A stretch of DNA of 64,000 bases from Callorhinchus milii (lineage: Eukaryota). How positions within the stretch are numbered: the first letter of the stretch is position 1; each line of letters opens with the position of its first letter. Under the pieces are notes generated by a model that saw nothing but the letters and a program-made list of their open reading frames with translations, had not been told where the DNA came from and ran no database searches. Location of the stretch: positions 1-64,000 of the forward strand of contig NW_024704810.1 in assembly GCF_018977255.1 (NCBI RefSeq). Reading direction: 5' to 3'. Shown piece after piece: positions 1-12,829 of this stretch. The translations under genes were made by a program, and so were the position numbers.

Positions 1-360
1 CAACGAAAGGAATAAGATGAACATCAGGCACCGCGCTATTTTAGTCCTGCAGCTCAGTGGTCAGTGAACTCACCTCACAAGCGAGAGGATTTGGGTTCTT
101 TTTCCTTGCAGGACAGGGAGAAAACTTACGCAAGTTTCCTTGTGCAATTTCCAAAAGCGTTTCGCTCAACAGACATCTCGTTTAGGTTAAGGCGTTTTAC
201 CAAATGTAAGATTTAGTGTCATTAACATTTCATTCCTAACATCTCAATCCCAACCCCAGGTCGAGCGATCAGCCGGGACTGCCAAACAAAATGAGCCGTC
301 CTACAGATTATAGAACGTCTATATCAGTTTTAGTCTCCGTTGCGCATTTCACAGCCTCAC

Positions 361-406
361 CTGAAATAAAACTCAACACCAGAAGGTATTCGATGAACAG
401 CCGCAT
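361..406 (-). CDS. Orphan TCR V leader exon (family D), MRLFIEYLLVLSFIS-G; its V exon probably lies left of the window
   Basis: 46-nt ATG-initiated hydrophobic exon ending in a phase-1 G|GTGAG donor; similar to leaders at 2207-2252 and 11278-11323. Confidence 0.7.
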
Positions 407-1537
407 TGTCGTTCTTCAGCAAAATGCCTTTGCCATCAGAGTCTGTTGATGGAAAGTGTTTGTTGAGGATTACGAGTTTGAACATCACATCCGTGACCCC
501 ACAGCAGCGTTTCCTTAACACACCGACCCCGTGGCATTGTCGCGCTGCTAAATGTGGGCGTTGGGCTTCACTCATTTACAAGCTCAACGATTTCAGAGCA
601 ACCATAAGATGATGTCAAAGCTCCTGTGAATAAAATTTTGGTGNAAAAAATCATAATAATCCTTGCATTTGGTAAATCGTCGTCAATTACAAAAATAAAC
701 AGCTATACGTAGCGTATATGACGTTGTTCGGACGTCCCTGGTGGCTGGACAGTGAAGGGGTTTGTACTAAGGATTAGAAAAGGGAGAAAGCATGGTGGGC
801 GGAGGAGGGATTATCACTGAAGACTCGGTTGAGAAGGATGGTCTTCTTGAATGGCGCAAGGGGACACAAATTTTTGTTAGATGTTATAGATCCTACTCCA
901 CCTTTAAATGTTACCGTAGTGCTGCCACCCAACCACAGCGATCTCAACAAACACTACCAGCCCGGAGACTCACTTCCATCTGCAAGGATATCGCTAAATG
1001 TTTCGAGTCGTTCCGTCGGATATTTAACATCCACCTGAACAGACATGGATTAAGTGACCAACATTATTTTTTGAAGCGAATATTACAAACCGAGAAAACC
1101 GATCCAAGAATCCATTTACAATCGGGTTACTAGTCACCGCTAGGTAAATAGAGAAGTGTGTATGGATTGAGGAAAATTGTCTAAGGTATCATCCGGCCCT
1201 TGATGGAACTAGGGACCTCTCGTTTGTGAGGGGAATGCTGTTCCTACTCCGCCATAACGTTCCGTTTAGTAAAGCATAGAGTCATGATCCGTATTTATTT
1301 TATCTGCAAACCGAAGTAAATGAATCTCAGCTGCAACTGCAACTCTTCATTAATTGCTGTCTGAATTATTTGTGACAATTAATGATGTGAGAGTTTAGCT
1401 GACAAGTTGATGTGAACTGAATGTGGTTTCCTCTGAGTCTCGCTACAGACATGTCTGCTCGCCACAGTGCCTCAAGGCCTGACCAAGGTTCCCCACACAC
1501 TTCAACAGACAGAACATCCCATGCACGAAGTGAAGGC

Positions 1538-1576
1538 AGTTTTTGTACGAGACTTGCAGCGCAGCCTATCACTGTG
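1538..1576 (-). other. 23-RSS
   Basis: CACAGTG 1570-1576, 23-bp spacer, ACAAAAACT 1538-1546. Confidence 0.9.
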
Positions 1577-2252
1577 GTGAGACTAAAGGCAGAGTAATAC
1601 ACAGCGCTGTCACACACCACCAGCTCAGACTTCTGTATTAAACAAGGAAAAGCACAACAATATATTACTTAATCTAGGCCTGAAAGGAAACGAGTTATGC
1701 ATTTGATATTTGTTTATAATTACATCATAACCTGTATATTTTATAGAGCACATTATCACGGTGTTGAGACGTCGGTGTGCGCTATACAGAATGTTCTATC
1801 CAGTTAATTTCTCTCGATTTTTGTGAGCGACATTGGGCACAGCAGTTTCACAGGAACAGTTGTGGAATGAGTTAGCAAATTATTATTTACAGACAAGTAA
1901 TGGTTATTCCCCGCGAAAAAGTGATCCGACTAACGACTCAAAACGAATGAATGGAGAAATTGATATTTGGAAGATTAATTGCTCAGTTTTTTAAAGTATC
2001 CGGTTCCTGCTTCCTGCAAGGTATAGAGAGGCGTTTCTGTGGATTGAAGAAATTTGCCTTAGATTTCTCCTGCTGGGGAATCGATCCCAGCTCCTCTTGC
2101 GAGCCGGAAGCTCCAACTACTGAGATATAGGTTTCACTCCAACATTTATTGTTTAAATGGAGATTAGCATCATCACCAACACTGAATTAGCTCAATAGGG
2201 CCTCACCTGATATAAAGGTTCCCAGCACAAGACAGATAGCAAACAGCCTCAT
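1577..2252 (-). pseudogene. TCR V pseudogene (family D) with large internal deletion
   Basis: Intact leader 2207-2252 (MRLFAICLVLGTFIS-G|GTGAG); acceptor at 1633-1634 homologous to that of the 10.4-kb gene; only 56 nt of V exon remain (..DSAVYYSAFSLT, Cys104 replaced by Ser); spliced frame hits an immediate stop. Confidence 0.85.
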
Positions 2253-2946
2253 TGCTGCTCTTCAGTCTGTGTGGTTGTGTTTGTGCCATCAGTTTGCTGA
2301 TAACCCGCAGTGATTGTCGGCTTTTGCGGAGCCACCGTCTCACATCACATCATTGGCATCTCCGCCGCGTTTCAACACAACAACCAATTGCTTTTATACA
2401 GTGGATTTCACAAGGCACTGGGGGCAAGGAACCACTCAGCTCCGGGTAACACTGTAAGCCAATGCCCTAAGGTACAGTGATCATTAAAATAATATCATAA
2501 CAATCTTTGCGTTCGATGTAGGGACTCACCAAATTTTCCAGGTATCTCAAAGCGCTTCACAGCATCTGTGATCAGGTGCAGTGACTCTATATTTTGTGAG
2601 CGAGATGCGGCAGGTTATTTTATTGAAGGTATTATTATCGGCGGAAAGCAGTTCCCCAATCAGGTTCCTACCTACTGATAAGTAAACATTGGCGTGTACA
2701 GTTAGGAGGCTTGCCCAACATTTCTCCCTGCCGAGAGTCGAACCCACTTCTCTCGCTTGCGATGCATGCAAGTTCACCACGGTTATGGCAAGAATATGAC
2801 ATCGTGGGATCAATTAATTGTTTGTGTTACAATCAGAATTGCTGTTAATGTTATGTTCTCTTTGTGTCTTTTTCTCGTCTCCTTTCCCACAGGAAATCGC
2901 TGCTGCGGCCAAGAAAGACAGAAGCACAAACCCACTAATGGCTGTT

Positions 2947-2985
2947 AGTTTTTGAACGAGTCTCTGACTGGTACCCATCACTGTG
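2947..2985 (-). other. 23-RSS
   Basis: CACAGTG 2979-2985, 23-bp spacer, TCAAAAACT 2947-2955. Confidence 0.9.
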
Positions 2986-3836
2986 TGGTTGGAGAGCACA
3001 GTAATACACAGCGCTGTCAGACAGCTCCAACAGGGAGATGGTTAAACTGCTGAATTTTGTCGAGGTTTGGAGCTCAACAGAGAACCGCTTTTCAGCAAAG
3101 TCTGCTTTATATTTATCACAAACAGAACCCTTTTTAAGCGCATAATGTGGTTGTGTTTCTTGTTGTTCCCGATACCAGTGTAAATAGTAGTCGCTCAGAG
3201 AAGTATCATAATGGCATTCCATGGTCACACTTCCTCCTTCTTTCCCAGTCACTAAAGTCACCTTCTGTGTCACAGAGTCTCCTTTGGTCAGGCCTGAAAG
3301 ACCAGAACATGGAATTATCTCGTTGAGTCGTTAGTGCGCTCGCCTCGCAATTGAGAGGCCTCGGGGTCGATTCCCGGAGTGAACAGGTCAAAACCTAAAG
3401 AAAGTTTACTTGATGCATATATTTAAGTTTACCCAACTGTCAGAAGAAGCGTTGTTGTTTGTCCGATAACAGATCGCATTCCGGGGATAATAATCCCTTC
3501 AAATTAATAACAATAACATTGTGGTCAGTCAATTCATGTCTGTTTGTGTTACATGGCTGTAAACTATTGGCCGCTGCGTTTCACACACAAAATACACAGT
3601 CACTGCACTTTGTAGTGTATTACGTGAAGTGCTATGAGCCGTCTCGATGTCAAATTGAATCGTTACATCAAATGCAAGGAATAATATTATAATGCTTAAC
3701 ATATTGAGGATAAAAGAGAAACCGATTCAATAAAAGTCATCATGGAAAATAATTGAAGCGTTTACTGTTGTTGCAACGAATTACCTATTGAAATGGCAGC
3801 CAGAGCCAGAAACACACAGGCTTCTGCGATGTCCAT
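2986..3836 (-). CDS. TRAV/DV: TCR alpha/delta V gene (family E), apparently functional
   Basis: Leader 3785-3836 (MDIAEACVFLALAAISI-G|GT); V exon 2986-3293 GLTKGDSVTQ..MEC..HWYRE..DFAEKRFS..DSAVYYCALQP with Cys23, Trp41 and YYC. Confidence 0.88.
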
Positions 3837-4149
3837 CACTCACTCCCCAGCTGAGCTCTTTTGTTGGTAAGATGTTGGTTTAGATCTGGAACTTACAGCA
3901 CTGAGACAGGTGCCACTTGATCGCCATGACCTCACTTCCTAATCGTGTGATGTGAAGACCTCCTGGTCATTGTGGGAGGGAAGTTAAAGTGTCACAGTTT
4001 ATCCTCTGGGGGTGAGGGGAAGGGGGCAATATGTCTCTTTCGAACCAATTCAGTTTGGTCACAGGCTTGGTCATAAAATGTGGATGAGATTTGCAGTTTT
4101 CCAGGATAAATCAGATGTAGGAAGGGACAACAACCTAGAGAGATTGGGA

Positions 4150-4420
4150 GGTTAGGGTGAGCATCTTGAATTGGTACTCTGCCCCCAACCTCTCGAACTG
4201 CATCCCGTAGTCACTCCACCTCGGCCTCTCTTTTCCGTGCTTCAAGACCAATATCAAGACCACCCTCTCCACAGAGCTTTCATCACTCTGCGTCCACATT
4301 TGCCCTTCAACCTCCCCAATCCCTATCCCCAGTTCGGTTCCGAAACGCTGATTGTCCAGCACCTTGAGACGACCTCCAGACGTATAAACCGCTATACTAA
4401 TGTAATGTTGTTATTTTTCT
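4150..4420 (+). mobile_element. L2-type LINE 3' end remnant
   Basis: Decayed C-terminal motif SAPNLSNCIP*SL...FKTNIKT followed by a tail (ttgagacg...cgctata) shared with local SINEs. Confidence 0.55.
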
Positions 4421-5329
4421 GGAGACGTCTCAAATAACTTTACCGACTATACTGCAAAGGTTACTGTCTGGAAAACAGACTTGTGGGTTCTGAATTCATC
4501 ACAGAGGTTTCTTGGGACAATACCAAGGAAATATTTAAAGGTTAGGGGGAGCAACTTCTAATCGATCTTCTGGGTACAGTTTTTATTGTCTGGGAGCAAG
4601 ATTCGTGTATTCGTGTGTGGGAGACTCACAGTATACAGATCTCTGGACAGTCAGCAATTTGCGAAGTGAAGAAGTAGATCATAAAGTGAGTAGACAGTTG
4701 ATGTAATCTGGCGTGCGTATGATGAACGCAATGATTTAGATGAAGCATCATGGATCCATACAGTCTAGCCTAATGGAGTAAAGGTTTCCTTTGTATCATC
4801 ATTGCTGAGGTGACAATCTGCCTCTGTTGGTGATAATTACTCTTATGATTCAGAATGTTGTTGTCTCTGGATCCACTTCGACAGTTTGAGCTCATTACGT
4901 AATTTTTGCACAATATGTGTATGAAGTACGTTCTGAAAGTTTTATTGCTGCTGAAATTAATTTGTTTGCTGGCACCTACAAAGCGAACGGAAATATATTG
5001 AGTGCTAGGAAGATTATTATTATTATCGCTGTCCAGATCTGTTTGGATTTGCGAACATGGCAGGCAATATGTATCTAAGTTAGTTCTTCATTTCCAAAAT
5101 TAAACCAATATCGGTCAGTTTTAATCTCCTTCCAAAATTAAACCAAAACTACTGACCATGTTAATCTCAGCAACATATAAATCATGTATTAACTCAGCGG
5201 GATCAACATAAGCGTGTCTACTTTTTGGAGAGATAGGCAATACAATAGAAAACGTGACACAGAAAAAGCTTCTTGATAAACCTAAGCCTTTTGTTATTGA
5301 TGCTTTAGAAAAAACGTTTTGTAATTCAG

Positions 5330-5500
5330 CTAGAGCAACATTAGTGTGTATGAGGGAGCCAATGTCAACTGTAAGAGGAAGCACCTGTTACTGCTGCCTA
5401 GCTAGTTAGTTACGGAAAGCAACGTGGCAAGTTATGTAAGTCGAATTTATGTGAAATAAGATTTGGTGCAACATCTGCTGTTGGACTGCTGCTACAGTAC
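5330..5500 (-). promoter_or_regulatory. Conserved ETS/E-box plus CTCF-like block, copy 1 (degenerate)
   Basis: GGAAGCACCTG 5377-5387; ACAGCAGATGTTGC 5468-5481 (3 mismatches to CTCF core). Confidence 0.5.
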
Positions 5501-6285
5501 GTGTAAAATTTCAGAGTGCTAATAGCAAATTACTTTCGGCCGTCTTACCTTTCCTTGTCCTAACTCATCCAGTGGAAATGTTTGCCTTAGTGTCAGAGCT
5601 TCCTGGAACATCCGTCTCCAGTCTCATTCATATCATCTAACTGTGACTTATCTGTGCTTAAGTTGCTCGCCCATGTTAATTTAATATAACACATTTTGTT
5701 TTTTAAATGACTGTTTTAGTGACACTGCTGCATACAATTGGCTTCCGCTTTTAGCCTACAGAAATGGCAGACAATTCACTTACACTGTAAGCTGTGAAGC
5801 TCTTTGAGACGTCTCGTTCACCCATTCATATTGCTGACCTTCGGAACACTATAAACATTTATTCAGTGTGTTCTTTGTTTCCAGGCATTGATTTTACCTG
5901 ATATAGCTGCACAACATGAATCAAGTTCATCTGTTATCCACACATCACAAGTACAGCTTTCTGAGTGTCACGTTTTGATCAGAGATCATAGAAACTTGAA
6001 AGTCTGTGTGTTTGAAAGGCACATCAATGAGACACGATTAATTGCAACGATTCTGAATGTGATTAATATGTTGATACCTCGCACTGTATACCACACGCCA
6101 ATCATTCCAGTTCACGCCAGGCTCCACTGACACCCTTTGAATTAACTGATTGATTTCAAGATCCTCATATCCGTCTTCACTCCCTTCATGCCCTGGCATT
6201 TACCGAGATGTCTGAACAGATATAATTGCTGTTTAGTTGGTCGATCGATGCAATGACTCCCCCTCGCGGTTTAGCTTCAAGTTGA

Positions 6286-6324
6286 AGTTTTTGTACGGAG
6301 CCGCCATAGCACGGCAGCAGTGTG
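6286..6324 (-). other. 23-RSS (variant heptamer)
   Basis: CACACTG 6318-6324, 23-bp spacer, ACAAAAACT 6286-6294. Confidence 0.85.
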
Positions 6325-7185
6325 GGCTCCTTGGCGCAGTAATACACGGCACTGTCAGTCATCAGGACTGTGTCTATACTCAGTTCAAATTCTTCACTCG
6401 TTTTATCGACAGTGGAGTAAAATCGGTTTGGAAAGTCAGGATTATTCTTATCCTTTCCTCCAAAAGACCGAAGTATGTAGACAAGAACGTTCCTGGAAGC
6501 TTTTCTGTACCAGTAGAGATAGGAGGCATCACTGACTTTCTTTAAACTGCAGTATATTTTGACATCTTCTCCCACTTGAGCCAATATTTCATCAGTCGAT
6601 TGTTTACCAGGGTCTTGCAGGCTGATTCCTGTGATAAAAATCAATACATTTGTAGTGGGATAAGTTTCCGTTTGCGGAATCCTTTCGGGTATTGGTTAAA
6701 ACACTCGACTCGCATGCAAGAGGAACCAAGCAGGTCGTAAACTTAGGCAACTTTCCTTACTCAACATGTCAGTCGATAGTTGCATGAATTTACAAGCGAT
6801 AATAATCTGTTCAACAAGAAAAGTGAATAATAATACATATTGGTCACTCTATCCTTCGACTGTTTGGAGGGATCGGCTGTGCCAATTTGCTGCCATGTTT
6901 GACCCACAACATACACATTCAGCTCATTTTTCCGAGTATAACGTGAAGCACTTCGAGACGTCTCAAATACATCAAAAGGCGTTATATCAAAGGCACGGTT
7001 TAATACTATTATCGAAATTGTATCAAATGCATGAATATTATTTTGATATCAAATGCATAGATATTACTATATTTTTTCAAAACATAACATAAGTTATTTA
7101 ACACCGAAAAAGGCATAAAACGTGACGTACGGCAAAGTAAGATGAGAGTTATTGAGAGCACAGCGCACATCTCCCACATGAGCAT
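6325..7185 (-). CDS. TRAV/DV: TCR alpha/delta V gene (family B), apparently functional
   Basis: Leader 7131-7185 (MLMWEMCAVLSITLILLC-R, C|GTACGT); V exon 6325-6628 ..KIYCSL..YWYRK..RFYS..DSAVYYCAKEP. Confidence 0.87.
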
Positions 7186-7239
7186 CCTGATCCCTGTCAG
7201 AATCGAGATAAGGCGCTGTATCAAATGACAACGATTGGT

Positions 7240-7630
7240 ATTGTTTTACGTGTCAGAGAAGGTTGGACGCGGTATTCACTGGAAGCCCCTGAGTGTGTGC
7301 AGGTGGTTAGACTGTGGCCTAATGTGTATTGGCTTCACATCCCCTGGGGCAGGTGTCAATTTGGTAACGAGAGGAAACGAGATATTGAGAGGGTTCAAAG
7401 CGACAGGGAAGAGCCAGGTGATGTCAGCAGTTACTCAGATTTCTCTGCCCCAGTTAGTTGCAAGTTTCCTTCCTCCCACTTTCTGCTCTATGCATCTGTA
7501 TTACAGATATTTGGGTACAAAATACAGTTTTCCAGCATAATTCATGTGTACAAGTTATTGTATTATAAGGTGCATTTTCTCAGTGTTTCATGTATTAATA
7601 TATATTTTTTATAAACTCTGTGTCTGACAC
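7240..7630. repeat. Conserved ~390-bp non-coding module; other copies near 17600-17990, 30460-30720, 39600-39965, 45370-45510, 58100-58500
   Basis: Recurrent gtattcagtggaagcc-ctgagtgtgtgcag...gtcaatttggtaacga...gagagggttcaaagcg...tttgggtacaa...cataattca; function unknown. Confidence 0.75.
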
Positions 7631-8286
7631 ATAGGGAAACTCATCACCATTTTTATGAGTTCGCAAACCAGACTGAGACAAACAATATAAAGCTTATATT
7701 TGATATGGTGCGTTGTCACGTCTCGGAGTCTTCTCAAAGCACTTCACATGAAATTCTGCAAACTGCAGTAACTGTATGATTCGTGGAAAAAAGCTTGGCG
7801 GCCAATTGCACCGAAGGTCAAAAATAATTAATAGTAATCATTGCAGTTGAGATATCACCTTAATAAATCTTCGTGACGGCTGAAAGCGTTTCACAGAATA
7901 CTTTTCAATGGGAGTTGACTGCACTGTTGTGTAATGTGGCGGCAGTGTTACCCGTCTCTGAAGCGAGAGGACTTGGGTTCGCTTTCACGGGTAACATTCC
8001 TTCATGATCAACAATAAATCGGTTAGTAATGAACGACTGTTCCTGGGCACTGTGCGCAGTTGGCTGCCATACTTCTACCACAAAACAAACAGTCAGTTCA
8101 CTTTGCAGTATATTCTGTGAAGAATTTTACAATGCATCGAAGAAGAGTTAATGCGCTTCATCAATTTCAAGGTTTATTGTTATTACATAAAAGCTTTATT
8201 AGTGTTTTGTTTGAAGCAAAGTCGCCCTCTCTTAGTATATTGGCAAAACAACTAGTACAGAGCTGCCATAGCACGGCAGCGGTGTG

Positions 8287-9089
8287 GGATCCATGGCGCA
8301 GTAACGCACGGCATTGTTATTGATGTGAAAATTCTCAGTTCAATGTCTTCACTCGTTTGTTGGACAGTGGAGGAAAATCGATCCGGGAAGTTAGGATTCC
8401 TTTCATCCTTTCCTCCAACAGAGAGAAGAATGTAAACAGGAGTGTTCCTGGAAGCAACTCTGTACCCATAGAGATTATAGGCATCACTCAATGTCTTGAA
8501 TCTGTAGGATAATTTCACACCTTCTCGCTCTTTAGCGTATATTTCAGCAGTCGATTGTTTCGCAGGGTCTTCCAGGCTGATTCCTCCGATTAAAATGAAT
8601 ACTTATCGACTTGGATAAGTATATGTTGTCTGGATTCCTGTTGGTATTCGATAAAGTACTCGCTTCGCAAACGAGAGGCCACGGGCAGAGCGAAACCTCA
8701 GAGGGATCTCCTTAACCCTCACGCCTCTGCTTACTGAGCAGAAAGTAGAATCCTGATTGTTAGTCGATTGATCGATAATTTACCAGGGATAAATCCCTTC
8801 ATCGATATCATGAATGGCCATATGTATTGGTCCCTCTATTCTTCGACTGTTTGTCGGACACTGCTGTGTAAATTGGCTGTCACGTTACTCCAGCAAAATG
8901 GAAAAACAATTCGCTTGACCTTAATATACCGTGAAGCGCTTTGAGACGTCTCAAAGACATGACACGCTGTTATACAAAATGCGTGGGTCATTATTATTAT
9001 ATGATGAAAAACATATGCAAAATATTTTGAAACGGAAAAGTAAGCTGAGAGTCATTGAGAAAAATAGCCCATATCTCCCACATGAGCAT
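8287..9089 (-). pseudogene. TCR V pseudogene (family B)
   Basis: V exon 8287-8583 with Cys23>Tyr, Trp41>Gly and a 7-nt deletion before YYC; leader 9034-9089 has a 1-nt insertion; RSS heptamer CACACCG 8280-8286 with a destroyed nonamer. Confidence 0.85.
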
Positions 9090-9469
9090 CCTGATCCCGA
9101 GTTTGCCATTAACTCCAAACATGTGACTGTTTATTGCGAAAGTTCATGATATCTGGATTGATGGCTATCTTTTTGGGTCTTTGGCACAGTCACTGCCGCG
9201 CACACCCAGAGCCCAGCCCACCCAGTCAATGTCCGGCCCAAACAGTGTCCCCCCCTCATTCAGCCAGTGCCCCGCCAACACAGTGCACCGCCCCGCTGAA
9301 CCCGGGTCCACACGATGTCGAACGGTTACAATAACCCGGACAACGAGGCTTGGTATCTCTCCTGTTTGTGGCACATTTCGGCTGCTCTGTTTGTCCGCAT
9401 AACACAACTCCACACACAATGGCGACAGTCAAAGTAATAATAACAATCGCATTTCAAACAGCAACAATA

Positions 9470-9830
9470 TCAACCACAATTTGGGTTTGTATAGCGCCCT
9501 TCAGGCCGGACGGCGTCTCAGAGCGCTTCACAGTCACGGATCCCGGGGCCGAGTCACGGGGAGGTGGAGGAAGGTGAACAAAAAGGAGCGGTCGACAAGA
9601 AAGTTCTTCAGCGGCGACCTGCAAGTGGGAAGAGAGGGAACGGTGCGAAGGGAGAGAGGAAGGTTATTCCAGAGCCTCGGGGCGTATTGGCGGAAGGCAC
9701 AGCCGCCGAATTTGAGAGGAGGACTCGGGGGACAAGGAGGAGGCCATACCCGGTGAAGCGAAGACAACGGGCGCTGTTGTGAGGAGAGAGGACGTCAGAG
9801 AAGTCGGGGTGGTGACCCACTAATGGTATT
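9470..9830 (-). mobile_element. L2-type LINE 3' end
   Basis: ORF2 C-terminal motif FGGCAFRQYAPRLWNNLPLSLRTVPSL, followed by tail gtgaagcgctctgagacg...gggcgctatacaaa. Confidence 0.75.
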
Positions 9831-10409
9831 GGCTCGAAAGAAGTGATGCTTTAAAGATTTTTTTTAGGAAATATTACCGCAGGATAATCGATCCACCTAG
9901 TCACTGATATCCAGTTTCTTACTTACCCGAGTGTGTCAGAGGCGTGGGTGTGGAGTCAGAAAACGTGCCTTTGGTTTCGTCTTCCCCTATCCAGCCTGTG
10001 AATCGGACCCAGGTCCTTTCGCCTGTAAGGCGTGGGCTCTAATTAATATGATACAGGACTCCACGATGGGGAAAACGATAACAAAATTGAAAAAAAAGTA
10101 ACACAGAATAAACCATGGAATATGAATGTTCAAAATAACCATAACTATATTTGATATATCGCCTTACAACGTTTTCGACAACTATCGAAGCGTTTCACAG
10201 AATGCACTGTCGACTGAATTTAATAACCGTTTTGTGGCCGAAACTTGTTAGAATTTTACGCCCAGCAGTACATTCGATTGAGTGACCACATGATTTGCTT
10301 ATTTTCGGATTAATTCCCGGAAAAGCAACTTGCCAATCGGTTAACACTCGTTTTCCTACTTACTGCTGGGGAAAGAGAGGCGGATGTTCCCTTTGTACAA
10401 AGTGAAGGC

Positions 10410-10448
10410 AGTTTTTGTACGACACTTGCAGTGCAGTCTTTCACTGTG
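10410..10448 (-). other. 23-RSS
   Basis: CACAGTG 10442-10448, 23-bp spacer, ACAAAAACT 10410-10418. Confidence 0.9.
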
Positions 10449-11323
10449 GTGAGGCTAAATGCACAGAAGTACACAGCGCTGTCAGACGCCACAAGCGCAG
10501 AGATGGATACACTGGTCATAGATTTGGAGTTCTGTTGTTGAGCATTGAAACGATTTTCAAATCCTTTTCCTTTGAATGGACTGTCGCTCCCAGAAGAATA
10601 TCTCCGAACAGTAAACTCTGGCTGTTTGTATGGGTAATGTCGGTACCAGAACAGATAATATGGGCCTCCGGTAGTTGGATAGGTAAATTCGACAGACACA
10701 GTTTCTCCTTCTTTCTTAACCACCGTGGCATGTTTCAGACTCACTGTGTCCCCCCAACAGAGATCTGTAATAAACAAGGACGAACACGACAATATACTGT
10801 TCACACGCTTACTGAGTTTATTCAGCGCATTAGGGCGTCCTGCCCATGGGAATGGCGCTATTCGTCATTTTTTGGGCAAAATAAGGCAGCCATATGCGCA
10901 GAGGTGTCTCTGGCATTCACTCTTGCAATGAGTTACCTAATTATGAATTTATTTGATTGTTTTAAGGGTTTCTTGTCCCCGGAAAATTAATTCAAGCAAC
11001 AAAGGTTTAAGTGAATACATTATTATTTGTAAGGAATTATTGCTTCTTTAGTTCAAACGGAGTTTATATATCAAACTTGTTCCTACTGACTGCTCGGCAA
11101 AAAGAGACGTGTGGAGCAAGGAAACTTGCCTAAGATTTCGCCTGGGAATCGACCTCTAATTGTCACGATATGAAGCCAATGCTCTAAATAACGAGCTACA
11201 GGCTTCTCTCCACCAGTTGTTGTAGAAATGGTACTGACAATCAGATGCAACACTGAATTTGCTCTCCACAACCTTACCTGACATAAAGGTTCCCAGCACA
11301 AGGCAGACAGCAAACAGCCTCAT
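10449..11323 (-). CDS. TRAV/DV: TCR alpha/delta V gene (family D), open frame but Cys23>Phe
   Basis: Leader 11278-11323 (MRLFAVCLVLGTFMS-G|GTAAG); V exon 10449-10764 DLCWGDTVS..VSVEFTY..FWYRH..RFNA..DSAVYFCAFSLT. Confidence 0.8.
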
Positions 11324-12199
11324 TGCTGTCCTTCAGCCTTTGTGGTTATGTCTGTGAAAAATGCTGATGATAACCCACACAGATCGTTGTTGATATCAAT
11401 CTCACATCACTCTTTCGATATCTGATATGTATTTCCTTCACTGTGTTTGATCTACCCGGTGTCCGACACGTGAAGAAACCCACCGCCATGCTTAGCAGTC
11501 TATAAACCAAGCAGACACTTCCATCTATCCCACCTACAAGTGGAAATACCAGGGATAGAGTGTTGGAATGGGAATGGGCACTCCCTCTCTCTCCCTGGAG
11601 GAATGCATCCTGCTTAACCGATTCATTGATTCACCAGAGTTTCCGGCGAAGAGACAAGGCTTGGGGCAGCTCCTTATGCGTTGGGGTATCTGCTGGAATC
11701 TAACCAGCTAAAACCGCATTGATTGGCATTGAGAGCGAGGTCTGGCAAGCTTTCACCCTGCTTGTCCAGGTATGAATTTCCTACCATTGAGAGCTTTCGC
11801 TTGCAGGGAGAACAGTAGTTTTGAGATAGGATTCCCTGCCTCCTGTGACTGGTATGTCCTGTCCTGAGCTTCTCATGTGACTGTGTACTCACGAGCAATT
11901 CCTTGGAATACTGCGGACCCGCATCGTTCAGGAAGTGGGCGAGAGACCGCCCAAGAGGCCTGACACGATTCCCACAATCTATTGCCAGGCATTTGACAAA
12001 CAACATATGCAGTAAAGTTACTCTAAAGTGTATCTTATGGATAAATCTTAAAGTCGAGATATGGCGCTGTTTCAAATGCAAGGATTATTATTATTATATT
12101 TCCGTTCCCAATACCACTAAATATACAGTTAACTTACTTCACAGTGTATCAAGTGAAAGGCGTTTAGACTTTTCAATGACGTGAAAAGACGCTGTAACA

Positions 12200-12360
12200 A
12201 ATGCAAGGTTCATTATTATTATTACTGTTATTATTATTCATATTAATGTTGCTGTTAATGCTTTTATTATTACTATTTTCATTATAATTACTACATCTAC
12301 TATTGATAACACTATCATTGTTATTAGCATTATTTTTGTTGATGTTGTTGTTATTAAGGC
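12200..12360. repeat. (ATT)n-derived low-complexity tract at a SINE tail
   Basis: tcattattattattactgttattattatt... directly after aaatgcaagg. Confidence 0.7.
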
Positions 12361-12829
12361 ATCTTGGCGCCAAATCAGAACGTCGTGCTACTCCTTCACT
12401 TTCATGCTAGCAAATAATCAATAGAAAAGACAGGAAAAAGAGAAAGGAACGAACAACTGCACCTCTTAATCTGCACACGTCAAACCATATCACTCGGGAA
12501 TGGGTTTCTTTTGGAACCCTATGCACGTTTTCATACCAGTTCAAAAGAGATAATCAAACGGCAGTCCCATTAAAGGGATAGTTTCATCGTGTTACCCAAG
12601 GTATACGCGAATAGAAAAATATTCCGAGTAACCATGGATTGATTGCAAATCACTTTTGGTTCTGAACCGTATGAATTCAATCGTGGATCTGTGGTGAAAT
12701 CGAGCGGGAAGTAACGAAGTAAGCTTTGCAACTACATGTGGTAAGCGATATCGTTGAGCAACGGGCTTATCATAAGTATTGCAACACAGGAAAAATTACA
12801 TTTGTGAAGCGCCTTACACCCAAGACGTG

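Noticed and set aside
790-870. Possible further L2 3' remnant (PFKKTILLNRVFS, minus strand)
   Set aside because: Too short and degenerate to support as a feature without a repeat-library search.
12173-12373. Asn-rich ORF
   Set aside because: Translation of an (ATT)n-derived SINE tail.
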